Below are positions 1 to 10,136 of a DNA stretch of 64,000 nt, in pieces (position 1 is the first letter of the stretch; every line of letters begins with the position of its first letter). The notes beneath the pieces were generated by a model, which was not told the DNA's origin, made no database searches, and worked only from the letters and a program-made list of their open reading frames with translations. Position numbers and translations under genes: made by a program. The DNA comes from Nostoc sp. (GTDB lineage: Bacteria; Cyanobacteriota; Cyanobacteriia; Cyanobacteriales; Nostocaceae), in assembly GCA_036918135.1 (NCBI GenBank), contig JBALDB010000051.1:160001-224000 (forward strand), read 5' to 3'.

Positions 1-3
1 TAG

Positions 4-234
4 TTAACGGAGTTCAGAGGTTCATTAATGGAGTTCAAAGGCTCATTAATGGAGTTCAGAGGCTCATTAATGGAGTTCAGAGGTTCATTAACGGAGTTCA
101 AAGGCTCATTAATGGAGTTCAGAGGTTCATTAACGGAGTTCAAAGGCTCATTAACGGAGTTCAGAGGTTCATTAACGGAGTTCAAAGGCTCATTAATGGA
201 GTTCAAAGGCTCATTAATGGAGTTCAAAGCCTCG
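4..234. repeat. Tandem array of 11 copies of a 21-bp unit, TTAAYGGAGTTCARAGGYTCA
   Basis: Units read directly at 4, 25, 46 ... 214. Variation is almost confined to three positions, the last copy is degenerate, and there are no spacers. Confidence 0.95.
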
Positions 235-281
235 CGGTTAATGTGCTACTTCTTCCACTTCCTCTTTCTCTCATGATTTTT

Positions 282-2288
282 TTATGAAGCAAGTCTTCTT
301 CTTGGTGCATCAAGAACAACTTCCGCAACTGAAAAATCACGTTTAATCTGTAAACTGTTGAGATAAGCGATCGGATCGTCGGCGTTAAAGGGAGTACCAT
401 CGAACAGTTTAATCGGTTGGCGAATATAGCTAATATCCAAACCTAATTCTCGTGCGGCGGTACTGAAAACACGCACTTGACAAACGCGTTCGACAACTTC
501 CACCCAATTTCTCGGAAAGGGAGTGTCACCCCAACGCGCTAATTGACTCATAATCCAAATTTGTTCGGTGCGACTGGGGCGATTAATGGCAGACTCGGAA
601 TAAAACTGGTGATGGGCGTAGTCTCGCAGCGGATGGTCTAAGTCACAGGTAAGATTATCTGGATCTTCGAGTTGAATGTATTCTAAATCAGTGCTGACAT
701 ACTCTCGACTTGCTAAAATTTGGCGAATCTCTTCAGCATTGTTGGGATTTGCACAATACTGGCAAGCTTCTAGCAATGCTTTGGTTAAGGCGATATGCGT
801 ATTTGGATAAGTTTCTGCCCAATTTTCCCGTACTCCCAGAACTTTACCGGGGTGTCCTAACCAAACTTCCAAGTCTGTAGCGATGGTAAAGCCAACACCT
901 TCAACGGCGGCGCGGTAGTTCCAAGGTTCGCCAACGCAGTAACCATCAATGCTGCTAGCTTGCAAGTCAGCTACCATCTGGGCTGGGGGAATGGTCTTCA
1001 TGTCCACATCAATATCGGGGTCAATTCCTCCAGCCGCTAGCCAGTAACGCAGCAGTAAGTTGTGCATCGATGCGGGATGCACTACTCCCATTGTGTGTCT
1101 TTGGTCGCGGGTACTAAGCAGGTATCTTTTAAAGTCTGATAAGCTTTGCACGCCTTGGTCGTAAAAGCGTTTTGCTAAGGTGATGGCGTTACCGTTGCGG
1201 GTCATGGTGAGGGCGGTGACAACAGGGAGAGGTTGGTTATTGTGTCCTCCCAAAGTTAGCCACATTGGCATTCCAGAAGGCATTTGCGCCGCATCTAAAT
1301 AACCGCCAGTCATGCCATCAACTATACCCCGCCAGCTACTTTCCCGCACCAGGTGAACTTCATCTAAACCATGTTTGACAAAGAAGCCTTTTTCTTTGGC
1401 AACTGCTAAGGGGGCACAAGCGGTTAAAGGTAAAAAGCCAATTTCTAAGTTAACTTTTTCTAACCCATGACGGGAAATGTCGGCAGTTTTCCGCGCCCGA
1501 ATTTTCTTAATCCGTTTTTGCTGGTTGAGGAAGTAAATCATCTCACTCCGCAAACTGTAGTAGCTGGGATGTTCTACTACTTCCATGCGCTTGCGGGGTC
1601 TGGGAATATCCACTTCTAAAATGTCGCCAATTTTAGATTCAGGGCCGTTGGTTAGCATCACAATTCTGTCAGATAACAGCACCGCTTCATCGACATCATG
1701 GGTAACCATCACCGCAGTAACTTGATTTTCTTCGCAAATTTGCATCAGTTGTTCTTGCAAATTACCGCGAGTCAGTGCATCCAAAGCGCCGAAGGGTTCA
1801 TCTAATAATAGTAACTTGGGACGAATTGCTAAAGCGCGGGCGATCGCTACACGCTGCTTTTGTCCGCCAGATAACATTCCTGGCTGTTTGTCAGCATGGG
1901 GACGCAAACCCACCATATCTATATGTTTTTCAGTAATCGCTTGGCGTTCTGCGGCTGGCAGTCCTTTCATTACTGAATCTACCGCCAGGGCAATATTTTC
2001 TCTGACTGTCCGCCAAGGTAATAAGGAATAATTTTGAAAAACCACCATTCTGTCTGGGCCTGGTTTGCTGATTCTTTGCCCTTCTAAGGTGACAATACCT
2101 TCACTGGGCAAATCCAAACCCGCAATCATATTTAATAAGGTAGACTTGCCACAACCGGAGTGACCAATCAAAGAAACAAATTCTCCTTTTTTAATTTGCA
2201 GGTCAATTCCTTTAAGGGCAATATATTGACCACCACCTGTTAATTCAAAAACTTTATCGATTTGGTCAACAGCAACAAATGTAGACAT
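282..2288 (-). CDS. cmpC: Bicarbonate ABC transporter ATP-binding subunit CmpC (ATPase plus C-terminal NrtA/CmpA-like domain)
   Basis: Walker A GHSGCGKS, signature LSGGQKQR, Walker B LLLLDEP, and a C-terminal solute-binding-like domain. Same strand as cmpA and cmpB, and closely resembles Anabaena CmpC as recalled. Confidence 0.9.
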   Translation of the reverse strand: MSTFVAVDQIDKVFELTGGGQYIALKGIDLQIKKGEFVSLIGHSGCGKSTLLNMIAGLDLPSEGIVTLEGQRISKPGPDRMVVFQNYSLLPWRTVRENIALAVDSVMKGLPAAERQAITEKHIDMVGLRPHADKQPGMLSGGQKQRVAIARALAIRPKLLLLDEPFGALDALTRGNLQEQLMQICEENQVTAVMVTHDVDEAVLLSDRIVMLTNGPESKIGDILEVDIPRPRKRMEVVEHPSYYSLRSEMIYFLNQQKRIKKIRARKTADISRHGLEKVNLEIGFLPLTACAPLAVAKEKGFFVKHGLDEVHLVRESSWRGIVDGMTGGYLDAAQMPSGMPMWLTLGGHNNQPLPVVTALTMTRNGNAITLAKRFYDQGVQSLSDFKRYLLSTRDQRHTMGVVHPASMHNLLLRYWLAAGGIDPDIDVDMKTIPPAQMVADLQASSIDGYCVGEPWNYRAAVEGVGFTIATDLEVWLGHPGKVLGVRENWAETYPNTHIALTKALLEACQYCANPNNAEEIRQILASREYVSTDLEYIQLEDPDNLTCDLDHPLRDYAHHQFYSESAINRPSRTEQIWIMSQLARWGDTPFPRNWVEVVERVCQVRVFSTAARELGLDISYIRQPIKLFDGTPFNADDPIAYLNSLQIKRDFSVAEVVLDAPRRRLAS

Positions 2289-2381
2289 AACTTGGTATTG
2301 GTAATTTGGTTACAAAATGAGGGAGAAGGAAAAAGAGGCGGGGACGCACAGAAAAACAAATGACAAATGACAAATGACCAA

Positions 2382-4118
2382 TTAATAATAACTGCCAGAT
2401 TTACGGTATTCGAGGGCAGTTAAGCCATCATTTTCTAAGACTTCACCTTTATCGACTACGGCATAGATTAACCATCTTTCACCACATTTCATCTGATTTT
2501 GTACAGTACATTCTAAATAGGACAATGCCTCATTCAGAATCAGGCAACCATTCTCAGCAGTTTGTGTAGAAAGATTGACAAAGGGATTATTTCCTAAAAC
2601 GCTATTCTGGGAAAAATAGCGGCGGACATTTCTACCTTCTTTGAGAATATTCAATACAAATTTATCACCGGGATGACACATTAAATCTGCATTTTGTTCG
2701 TCAGCAATGGCAATCATAATTCCTGGCGGATTAAAAGTTGCTTGAGATAGCCAAGAGGTTAAAACGCCTTTGTGGCTTTCTTCATCACGAGTTGTTAAAA
2801 CACACAAAGAACCAATAATCCGCCCTACAGCTTGTTCGGTACGGTCTACATGAGTTTCTGTGACAACTTGACGCGCAGTCCGCAATTTTTTAGTTTTCTT
2901 CAAGTTTTGGGCAAAGGCAGCGCCCGCTTTCTGACACTGTTGGAGAATTTCATCCGTAGGAGTGAAGCGGACTCGAATTGTTTCAAATCCTAAACGATAA
3001 TTGGCATCTTTAAACTTACTTTCGAGTAAATCAATTGCCTCTCCACTCCAGCCATAAGAACCAAATACTCCTGCTAATTTTGTTTTTGCTGCTGTAGCTA
3101 AAACTATTCCTAAAGCTGCTTGAATTTGAGTTGGTGCATGGCCGCCTAAAGTTGGTGAGCCAATAATAAATCCGTCGCAAGCTTCCACAATGCGGGTAAT
3201 TTCGGCTGGTTCTGCAAGTTCGCAATTGATGGACTCTACATTAACGCCATTTTCAATTAAACCTTGAGCGATCGCATTAGCTACAATTGCCGTATTTCCA
3301 TAAGCAGAGGCATAAAGTAAAGCAACACTTAATTCTTGTAATTTTTGTCCTTGACACCATTGACGATAATCAAAAGTAAATCGGCTGAGGCTGTAACGAA
3401 CAACAGGGCCATGAGCCGGAGCGTAACATTTTGCTGGGAAAACCGAAAGCTTTTCTAAAGCAACTTCGACTTGTTTGGCTTGGGGGGCGTGGAGACAGTC
3501 AAAATAGTAATGACGTTCTGCATCTAAACTTTTCCAATCTTCATCGAAGAGGGTATCTTCGCAAATATGAGCGCCAAAAAATTTGTCTGTGTAGAGAATT
3601 TTGGTAGCAGAATCATAAGTACACAATCCATCTGCCCAGCGAGGAGTCGGTACAGTAATAAATGTAAGATGATGTCCTTGTCCTAAATCCAGAGTATCCT
3701 CCGATCGCACAGCTTGAATGCGTGACTGCCATTCCGGAAAAGCAGTTTTGATGGCATTAGCAGCAGGGCGAGAACAAATTAAAGTAGCTTGAGTAGCTTG
3801 AGAAAGCAATACTTGTAAGGTGGCTCTGCGGTTCGGGTTGACATGACCGAGAACAATGTAATCTAAGGTAGCGAAATCTAGATATTGTGCCAGCTGTTCG
3901 AGGTAAATTTCCGTAAAAGATTCGCCAGGAGGATCGACTAAAGCTTTTTTATCAGCTTGAATGAGATAAGAATTTGCCGTAGTTCCTCGTTGGCGGGAAT
4001 ACTCAATCTCAAATTTTAGTCTCTCCCAAGTACGCGATCGCAAAACCAACGTATCTTTACCAATTTCAGCAACCTGCACATCTCTGGGGCGACTGGTTAT
4101 TAAAGTATTAGTAGACAT
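2382..4118 (-). CDS. flv2: Flavodiiron protein, Flv2-type (non-canonical iron ligands)
   Basis: Metallo-beta-lactamase-like, flavodoxin (SAYGNT, GSPTLGG, FGSYGWSGEA) and flavin reductase domains. HVNPNRR replaces HxExDH. Third gene of an flv4-orf-flv2 triplet. Start placed at ATG 4118; the ORF track extends to 4142. Confidence 0.85.
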   Translation of the reverse strand: MSTNTLITSRPRDVQVAEIGKDTLVLRSRTWERLKFEIEYSRQRGTTANSYLIQADKKALVDPPGESFTEIYLEQLAQYLDFATLDYIVLGHVNPNRRATLQVLLSQATQATLICSRPAANAIKTAFPEWQSRIQAVRSEDTLDLGQGHHLTFITVPTPRWADGLCTYDSATKILYTDKFFGAHICEDTLFDEDWKSLDAERHYYFDCLHAPQAKQVEVALEKLSVFPAKCYAPAHGPVVRYSLSRFTFDYRQWCQGQKLQELSVALLYASAYGNTAIVANAIAQGLIENGVNVESINCELAEPAEITRIVEACDGFIIGSPTLGGHAPTQIQAALGIVLATAAKTKLAGVFGSYGWSGEAIDLLESKFKDANYRLGFETIRVRFTPTDEILQQCQKAGAAFAQNLKKTKKLRTARQVVTETHVDRTEQAVGRIIGSLCVLTTRDEESHKGVLTSWLSQATFNPPGIMIAIADEQNADLMCHPGDKFVLNILKEGRNVRRYFSQNSVLGNNPFVNLSTQTAENGCLILNEALSYLECTVQNQMKCGERWLIYAVVDKGEVLENDGLTALEYRKSGSYY

Positions 4119-4168
4119 AATCTCTCTTTGGGCATTGGGCATGGGGCATTGGGCATGGGGAGATAAAA

Positions 4169-4226
4169 CTCTTGTACAGACGCGATTAATCGCGTCTCTC
4201 TTGTACAGACGCGATTAATCGCGTCT
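4169..4226. repeat. Two tandem copies of a 29-bp unit containing the palindrome AGACGCGATTAATCGCGTCT (small dispersed repeat), next to GGGCAT(T/G) heptamer repeats
   Basis: CTCTTGTACAGACGCGATTAATCGCGTCT occurs at 4169-4197 and 4198-4226. The same palindrome recurs at 58628-58651. Confidence 0.9.
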
Positions 4227-4228
4227 CT

Positions 4229-4741
4229 CTAATTGCCATTGCTTTCAACTAATTCCGATTTAGCTCGATTTTTAAAGCGTTTAGATATTGTTTGTTCGGG
4301 ATCGATGCCTTCAAAGGTTGGGGGTAGCCAAACTCGAACAACGAGTATTATTCCTAAAACTAATAAGAAGGCACAAGTTGCTAAAATTTGACTCCAATTA
4401 GTTTCTAAAACTCCTTTAACAATTACTTCTCGCAAGGCGGAAACAATGGAGACTTCTACAGCTACGCCAATAGATATTCGTTGCTCTTGCAAATAAATAA
4501 TCAGCAATCGAAATAACTCAACTAAAATGAGCAAAAAGAGAATATCAGCAGTAACAGTATGAAAATCTAATGGGGGAAGCAGGGAGAAAAACATATCTCT
4601 CACCTGAATTACCATGAAGGTAAACAAACCCATACACAGAGAAATCACAATCAAATCTTGAATCAATTCCAAGGTTTGTACTACGCGTTTCCGATGCATT
4701 TCATACTGGGAAATTGGGCTATCTTCAACAGTCTTATACAT
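4229..4741 (-). CDS. PsiE-family membrane protein (Sll0218-like, middle gene of flv4-2 operon)
   Basis: 170 aa with four hydrophobic segments and PsiE-like motifs (LILVELFR...EVSIVSALRE). Lies between two flavodiiron genes. Confidence 0.8.
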   Translation of the reverse strand: MYKTVEDSPISQYEMHRKRVVQTLELIQDLIVISLCMGLFTFMVIQVRDMFFSLLPPLDFHTVTADILFLLILVELFRLLIIYLQEQRISIGVAVEVSIVSALREVIVKGVLETNWSQILATCAFLLVLGIILVVRVWLPPTFEGIDPEQTISKRFKNRAKSELVESNGN

Positions 4742-4831
4742 GGCTTTTTATCAATGGAGAGTGGGGAGGGAAACGAAAGAGACAAGGCAAATGGAAAGAC
4801 AATAACAAATAACAAATAACCAATGACAAAT

Positions 4832-6565
4832 TTAGTAATGATTGCCAATTTTGCGGTGATGAACGGCGGTGAATCCGTTGACTTTAGCAACTCGCCCAGT
4901 TTGGACGGTGCTATAAATAACCCAATGGTCGCCACAATCCATGCGGCTAGTGATTTCACATTCGAGATAAGCCAAAGCTTCAGCTAAAATTGGAGATTCG
5001 TTGGTAGCAGCAGGATATGTTTTGATGCCAGCAAAGCGGTCTGCACCAGGAGCAAAACGCTTGAGGAAATGTTTCATTAATCCTTGATATCTGCCTTCTT
5101 CTAAAATATTTAAAACAAAGCGATCGCCAACGTGCATCAATGATTCTATCGCTCGGTCTTTGGCGACAGCGATGGCTACGCCTAAAGGATTCAAACTTGC
5201 TTGTGTTACCCAAGAAGCAAGCATTGCACTTTGAACTTCTGCTTTTTTGGCGGTGATAATATACAATCCGGTGCTAATTCGCCCCAAGGATTTCTCTAAT
5301 TCGCTATTAATGGATTTGATTTGTTTGATGGTGCGATCGCGGGTCAACCATTGACCCATATCTGTCCCTGCTTCATCGCACAGTTGTTCTAATACATTAG
5401 AGGGAGCTTCTTTAACTAAAATTGGGGTAAAGGCTTGAATTAATCCCAGTTCTTGAAACTTATTGCGTAAGGGAAAAACAGGTTCATCTTCTCCTCCTCC
5501 AGACTCTAATAAACCAATTGCTTGTTTATTGTGAGCAGCAGCTAAGATAATCTTTAAACCTGCTTGAGCAATATCTAATGATTGGGGAGGCATTCCAATA
5601 ACTAAACCAGCAGCTTGGTCAACTATTTCTCGGACTTCTTGAGGCTCAGTATTATTCAGAGCTACTAATTCTACCGCTACACCTGTTCTTGCAATTCCAT
5701 GTGCGATCGCCCTGACTAAATTCTCACTATATCCGTAATCTTCCACGTAAAATAAAGCCACTAATGTCTCTGTTTTCGCTTGCTCTGAACTCCAATTTTG
5801 ATAGCGTCCCAACCATTCTGGAATATACTCTTTTAATAAAGGGCCATGTCCTGTGGCAACTGTTTTTATTTCTAACTTTTCAATTTTCTTTAAAGCTGCC
5901 AATACAGACCGAGCATTAGGAGCCATCAAACACTCATAGTAATATTTAAAATCTTCTTCGATGATGGCGATATTCTCATCATAAGTATGGTCATCACAGT
6001 AGTGCATTCCAAACACATCACAGGTGTAAAGAGTGCCTGTTTTGTGGTCATAAGTCAAGATGGTATCAGGCCAATGTAAGTTAGGAGCTGAGATAAATTC
6101 TAATTGATGACCGTTGCCCAAATCTAATAACTCTCCACTTTTTACTACCTTTGTTTTAAAAGGCTGGTGAATCATATTCTGCAAAAATTGAATACCTATC
6201 TTTGCACCAACAACAGTAATCTCAGGAGCTAATTGCAAAATATTTTTTACTAAACCGCTATGGTCTGGTTCAGTGTGACTAACAATCAAGTAATCTATCT
6301 TAGTTGGGTCAATTAATCCTGTCACTATCTCCAGATATAACTCCTCAAACTTGCCATGAGAAGTATCAACTAAAGCTACTTTTTCTCCCTGAATTAAGAA
6401 AGAATTATAGGTCGTGCCATTCCGCAAACCAAACTCGACATCAAAACGTTCTCTATCCCAATCAAGGCAACGGATAGCAGTCGTTTGAGGAGCGATTTTA
6501 ACAGTTTCAATTGTTAAACGTCCAGAATTAGGAATAACTTGAGAATGCTGTGTGAGTGCGACCAT
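4832..6565 (-). CDS. flv4: Flavodiiron protein, Flv4-type (canonical diiron ligands)
   Basis: HTEPDHSG, LHWPD, CDVFGMH and TGHGP ligand motifs, followed by flavodoxin and flavin reductase domains. First gene of the triplet. Confidence 0.85.
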   Translation of the reverse strand: MVALTQHSQVIPNSGRLTIETVKIAPQTTAIRCLDWDRERFDVEFGLRNGTTYNSFLIQGEKVALVDTSHGKFEELYLEIVTGLIDPTKIDYLIVSHTEPDHSGLVKNILQLAPEITVVGAKIGIQFLQNMIHQPFKTKVVKSGELLDLGNGHQLEFISAPNLHWPDTILTYDHKTGTLYTCDVFGMHYCDDHTYDENIAIIEEDFKYYYECLMAPNARSVLAALKKIEKLEIKTVATGHGPLLKEYIPEWLGRYQNWSSEQAKTETLVALFYVEDYGYSENLVRAIAHGIARTGVAVELVALNNTEPQEVREIVDQAAGLVIGMPPQSLDIAQAGLKIILAAAHNKQAIGLLESGGGEDEPVFPLRNKFQELGLIQAFTPILVKEAPSNVLEQLCDEAGTDMGQWLTRDRTIKQIKSINSELEKSLGRISTGLYIITAKKAEVQSAMLASWVTQASLNPLGVAIAVAKDRAIESLMHVGDRFVLNILEEGRYQGLMKHFLKRFAPGADRFAGIKTYPAATNESPILAEALAYLECEITSRMDCGDHWVIYSTVQTGRVAKVNGFTAVHHRKIGNHY

Positions 6566-6715
6566 TAGTTTTCTCCAGTCAAGAGATTATTTAGAGCAAG
6601 TGTGCTTACTTCTTATATTTACTTGAAATGTTTAATTAGTAAAATGCCAATTTCTAAAGCTAACTATTAAAAACTTTTATTGTTCATCTGCCTAGATTTA
6701 TCATTGAAATAAACC

Positions 6716-6728
6716 AATGATTATCATT
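6716..6728. promoter_or_regulatory. Fur-box-like palindrome AATGAT-T-ATCATT upstream of flv4
   Basis: Perfect 6-1-6 palindrome matching the core of the Fur consensus, about 150 bp upstream of the flv4 start. Confidence 0.5.
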
Positions 6729-6757
6729 AATAGTAAAAATAAAATTTGTGAAAGAAA

Positions 6758-6879
6758 AATACGCTTAGGTTAGTAATATTTAGCCTGAGAAGATTTCTCT
6801 AACTTCCTTTAAAAGTGGGACTTAATTGCCTGCTTTTTCAAGAAACTTAGCGAGAATCAAGCTTTAACCCAAGCGTATT
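6758..6879. mobile_element. MITE-like element, about 122 bp
   Basis: Terminal inverted repeats AATACGCTTAGGTTA and TAACCCAAGCGTATT (14/15 match); non-coding interior. Confidence 0.55.
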
Positions 6880-7010
6880 AATTTGAGGAGGAGCAACAAG
6901 CTTGCAGCAGATTACAGTTTTTTGGAACACCGACTTCAGTCTGTTACTCTGGTGTCAAAACTGTTTTACTTGCCAATTCAGAATTCTAAATTCTGAATTC
7001 TGCTGCATTA

Positions 7011-7850
7011 TTACTTTTGTTCTGCTGGTAAAATCTTGTTTTGCAGCCAAGCCATCGCTTTATCTAGCAGCAAACCAACGATACCGATGTAAACTAGAGC
7101 TAAAATCACTTCGCTGACGTTGTTATTTTGATAGGCATCCCAGATAAAGAAGCCAATTCCCACTATACCGGACATGACGATTTCAGCAGCAATAATCGCT
7201 AACCATGCTAAACCGATCGCAATTCTCAAACCTGTGAAAATGTATGGTAATGCCGCAGGAATTAAAATATTAATGAAATATTCTTTGCGGCTAAGTTGTA
7301 GAACTTTAGCAACGTTGTTGTAATCTTGGGGAATTTGCGTAACGCCAACAGCAGTATTAATTAAGATGGGCCAAATGGCGGTGATGAAAATTACGAATAA
7401 TGCTGCCGGTTCATTTTGTCGTAATGCTGCTAAAGAAATGGGAACCCAAGCTAGAGGTGGTACTGTCCGCAGTAGTTGAAAAATTGGGTCTAAAGCTTTG
7501 GACATGGTTTTATTAACCCCAATCAAAATGCCTAAACCAATACCGACAATTGCCGCTAGGGTATAACTGATAGCAACTCTTTGTAAACTTGCGAGAATCT
7601 GCCAAAATAGACCTTTGTCAATGCCACCTCGGTCATAAAATGGCCAGAAAATCAAAACCCAAGTGTCTTGAATAACCTGTATTGGCCCTGGTAATGTGGC
7701 TCCCGGAGTCCAAGCGAATAATTGCCACAAAACTAGAAATATAACAATGGCGATGATTGGTGGTATAAAGTTAGAAAATTGCTTTTGTAGACGCGATATA
7801 AAGCCATTATTAAATCTAGGGCTTGCAGGGCGTCTTTGGGCTAATGTCAT
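7011..7850 (-). CDS. cmpB: Bicarbonate ABC transporter permease CmpB
   Basis: NrtB/CmpB-type permease (LRTVPPLAWVP, IWPILINT, GLRIAIGLAWLAIIAAE) directly after cmpA. Confidence 0.9.
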   Translation of the reverse strand: MTLAQRRPASPRFNNGFISRLQKQFSNFIPPIIAIVIFLVLWQLFAWTPGATLPGPIQVIQDTWVLIFWPFYDRGGIDKGLFWQILASLQRVAISYTLAAIVGIGLGILIGVNKTMSKALDPIFQLLRTVPPLAWVPISLAALRQNEPAALFVIFITAIWPILINTAVGVTQIPQDYNNVAKVLQLSRKEYFINILIPAALPYIFTGLRIAIGLAWLAIIAAEIVMSGIVGIGFFIWDAYQNNNVSEVILALVYIGIVGLLLDKAMAWLQNKILPAEQK

Positions 7851-7920
7851 AATCTATGTTATCCTCAAACTTTGTTTGTCATTTGTCATTTGTCAGCTAC
7901 TAATGACCAATGACCAATGA

Positions 7921-9306
7921 CTAAATATTGACTTTCTTGATTTTCAAACTCTTGAGATATTCTTCTGGTTTTTCAGGATCGAATTTGATACCATCAAAAA
8001 ACTCTTCTACACCACGAGATGAATTTGTAGGAATATCAGCAGTAGCAATGCCAGCTTCTTTTGCGGCTTGTTTCCAAATATCTTCGCGGTTGACTTTATT
8101 GATTAGTTCTTTAGCTTTAGCAGCATTATTGGCAACATAATCTTTTGGTAAAAATCCCCAACGAACGTTTTCCACAATGAACCATAAATCATGACTTTTG
8201 TAGGGATAAGAAACATTACCTTTTTCATCTTTCCAGTAGTAAGCTGCCATTGATTTATCATCAATTTTGCGACCATCACCCATGTCATACTTGCCTTGGT
8301 ATGGGTCTGCAAGAATTTCGGGTGAAGAAAGATTAAAATAATTCCGTCCAGCGAGAATTTGAGCTGCTTCTTTGCGGTTGTCAAAATTATCTAACCATTG
8401 TTGGGCCTCCATAATTCCTTTTAAAATTGCTTTAGTTGCCTTGGGATTTTTATCAACCCAGTCGGCTCTCATAGCAAGATATTCTTCAGGATGATTCTTC
8501 CAAATTTCTGCTGTCAATGCTGCTAAGTAGCCGATTTTGTCTTGAACAAGGCGATAAGGCCAGGGGTCACCTGTACTAAAGGCATCCATTGTTCCTGTTT
8601 TCATATTGGCAACAGTTTGAGCTGCTGGTACTGTGAGCAATTTGACATCTGTATCTGGATCTAAACCACCTGCTGCTAACCAGTAGCGAATCCACAAATC
8701 TTGGTTGACGTGAGGAAAGGTGAATGCGGCTGTGAAGGGGGTTGAAGATTTGAGTTCGGTGAAGAGGGATTTAGCGCTAGCCAGTTGTAAAGTGATACCT
8801 TTACCTTGGTGCTTGCTGGCGATCGCAATTCCATTTCCATGTGTAATTAGTTGGCATAATACATACATGGGAATTTTTTGATTGCCTTTGGTAATTAAAC
8901 CTTCTGTAATTAAATGTGGCATTGGCATCTGCCATTGACCGCCATCAATACCACCACCCACAGAACCAATTTCTACGTTATCTCTAGCTGCACCCCAAGA
9001 AGCTTGTTTAGAAAGGTCAACTTTAGTCATACCATATTTAGCAAAAAAGCCTTTTTCTTTAGCAATAATTAGGGGAGCCGCTTCTACAATCGGAATATAT
9101 CCTAATTTTACTGTAGTAGTTTCTGGCGTTTGTTCGGGACTAATATTAACAACTGACTGAGCAGTTGGCTGTGCTTGATTACCTTCACCAGTCAGGTTTT
9201 CAGGTGGATTGCCCAAACAACCTTTGAGGAACACAGCACTTGCAGATACCCCAGCTGTAAAAATAAATTTGCGTCGAGAAATGTTATTAAAAAATTCTGT
9301 CATCAT
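7921..9306 (-). CDS. cmpA: Bicarbonate-binding lipoprotein CmpA
   Basis: Twin-arginine signal SRRKF and lipobox [30 protein letters not shown] and HPEEY motifs match CmpA rather than NrtA as recalled. Confidence 0.9.
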   Translation of the reverse strand: MMTEFFNNISRRKFIFTAGVSASAVFLKGCLGNPPENLTGEGNQAQPTAQSVVNISPEQTPETTTVKLGYIPIVEAAPLIIAKEKGFFAKYGMTKVDLSKQASWGAARDNVEIGSVGGGIDGGQWQMPMPHLITEGLITKGNQKIPMYVLCQLITHGNGIAIASKHQGKGITLQLASAKSLFTELKSSTPFTAAFTFPHVNQDLWIRYWLAAGGLDPDTDVKLLTVPAAQTVANMKTGTMDAFSTGDPWPYRLVQDKIGYLAALTAEIWKNHPEEYLAMRADWVDKNPKATKAILKGIMEAQQWLDNFDNRKEAAQILAGRNYFNLSSPEILADPYQGKYDMGDGRKIDDKSMAAYYWKDEKGNVSYPYKSHDLWFIVENVRWGFLPKDYVANNAAKAKELINKVNREDIWKQAAKEAGIATADIPTNSSRGVEEFFDGIKFDPEKPEEYLKSLKIKKVNI

Positions 9307-9769
9307 ATCTCCTCAAATGTAAATTTTATTTTTTATAGCTATGACAATTTCAGCAAGAAACACATTAAATTTCTTACAAATAAATGACTAATTAAGCTAT
9401 ATTTTGCAAGGCAAACTTAGCCATTTTATCAATGACTATTGCTACTGCCTCAAACAAAATTTCAATGAATTGATTAAATCTGCTCTAGTGGGATGCAGAA
9501 GTGTTATTCACCTGATTGAAATTAGTTTACAGCCTTTAAAGCCCAATTAGTTAACCATGAGTCTGTATTTATTAAATAAATATTAGATTGGATGTATAAG
9601 TAAAAATTTATCTATCTGCCCAAACTCTAGTAGTAATTCTTAATATATAAATTCTGATTTATCAAAACTATTAACTTGAGATTATGATTAATAAAAAAGT
9701 AAATTATAAGCTAAATCAATGGTAATCATAGTTAAAAAACTGAATAATTTAGAATACAAAATAAGAAGA

Positions 9770-10132
9770 TATAGGAGTCCGATTTGATTTATAGCCGTAG
9801 TCACATAGGTTAGGACATAAGGATGGGGTGAAAGAAGAGAGTTAGCAATAGTTTTACCTCCTGCCTCCTGCCCTCTGCCTGCTGCCTCCTGCTATATAAA
9901 AAAATTTAAGTATCTGTAGGGTGTGTTATGACGTAGCCTAACGCATATAAATTGTCAATTGGTGCGTTATGCCAAAGGCTAACGCACCCTATTGCCGTGG
10001 CAAGGCTAAAATGTTGCATTAGATTTTTAGGAAAAGTCAGATAAATCAATACTTTCTGCTTTATTTTTAATGCACTATTTTAAGCTTGCCACGCTACTAC
10101 GTGTATTTCAGAAATCAAATATGAGTCCTATA
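9770..10132. mobile_element. IS630-derived MITE with nested smaller repeats
   Basis: Ends TATAGGAGTCCGATTTGATTT and AAATCAAATATGAGTCCTATA are inverted repeats with flanking TA. They resemble the end of the IS630 remnant at 62416. Confidence 0.7.
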
Positions 10133-10136
10133 TTAT

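Noticed and set aside
4..276. CRISPR array, or the 82-aa MEFKGSL-repeat ORF
   Set aside because: The units are contiguous with no unique spacers and no cas genes are present. The ORF is only the translation of a 21-bp repeat.
282..9306. Nitrate transporter nrtABC
   Set aside because: The binding-protein motifs resemble CmpA, no nirA or narB is nearby, and the neighbours are low-CO2 flv genes. It is a paralogous family, so BLAST should confirm.
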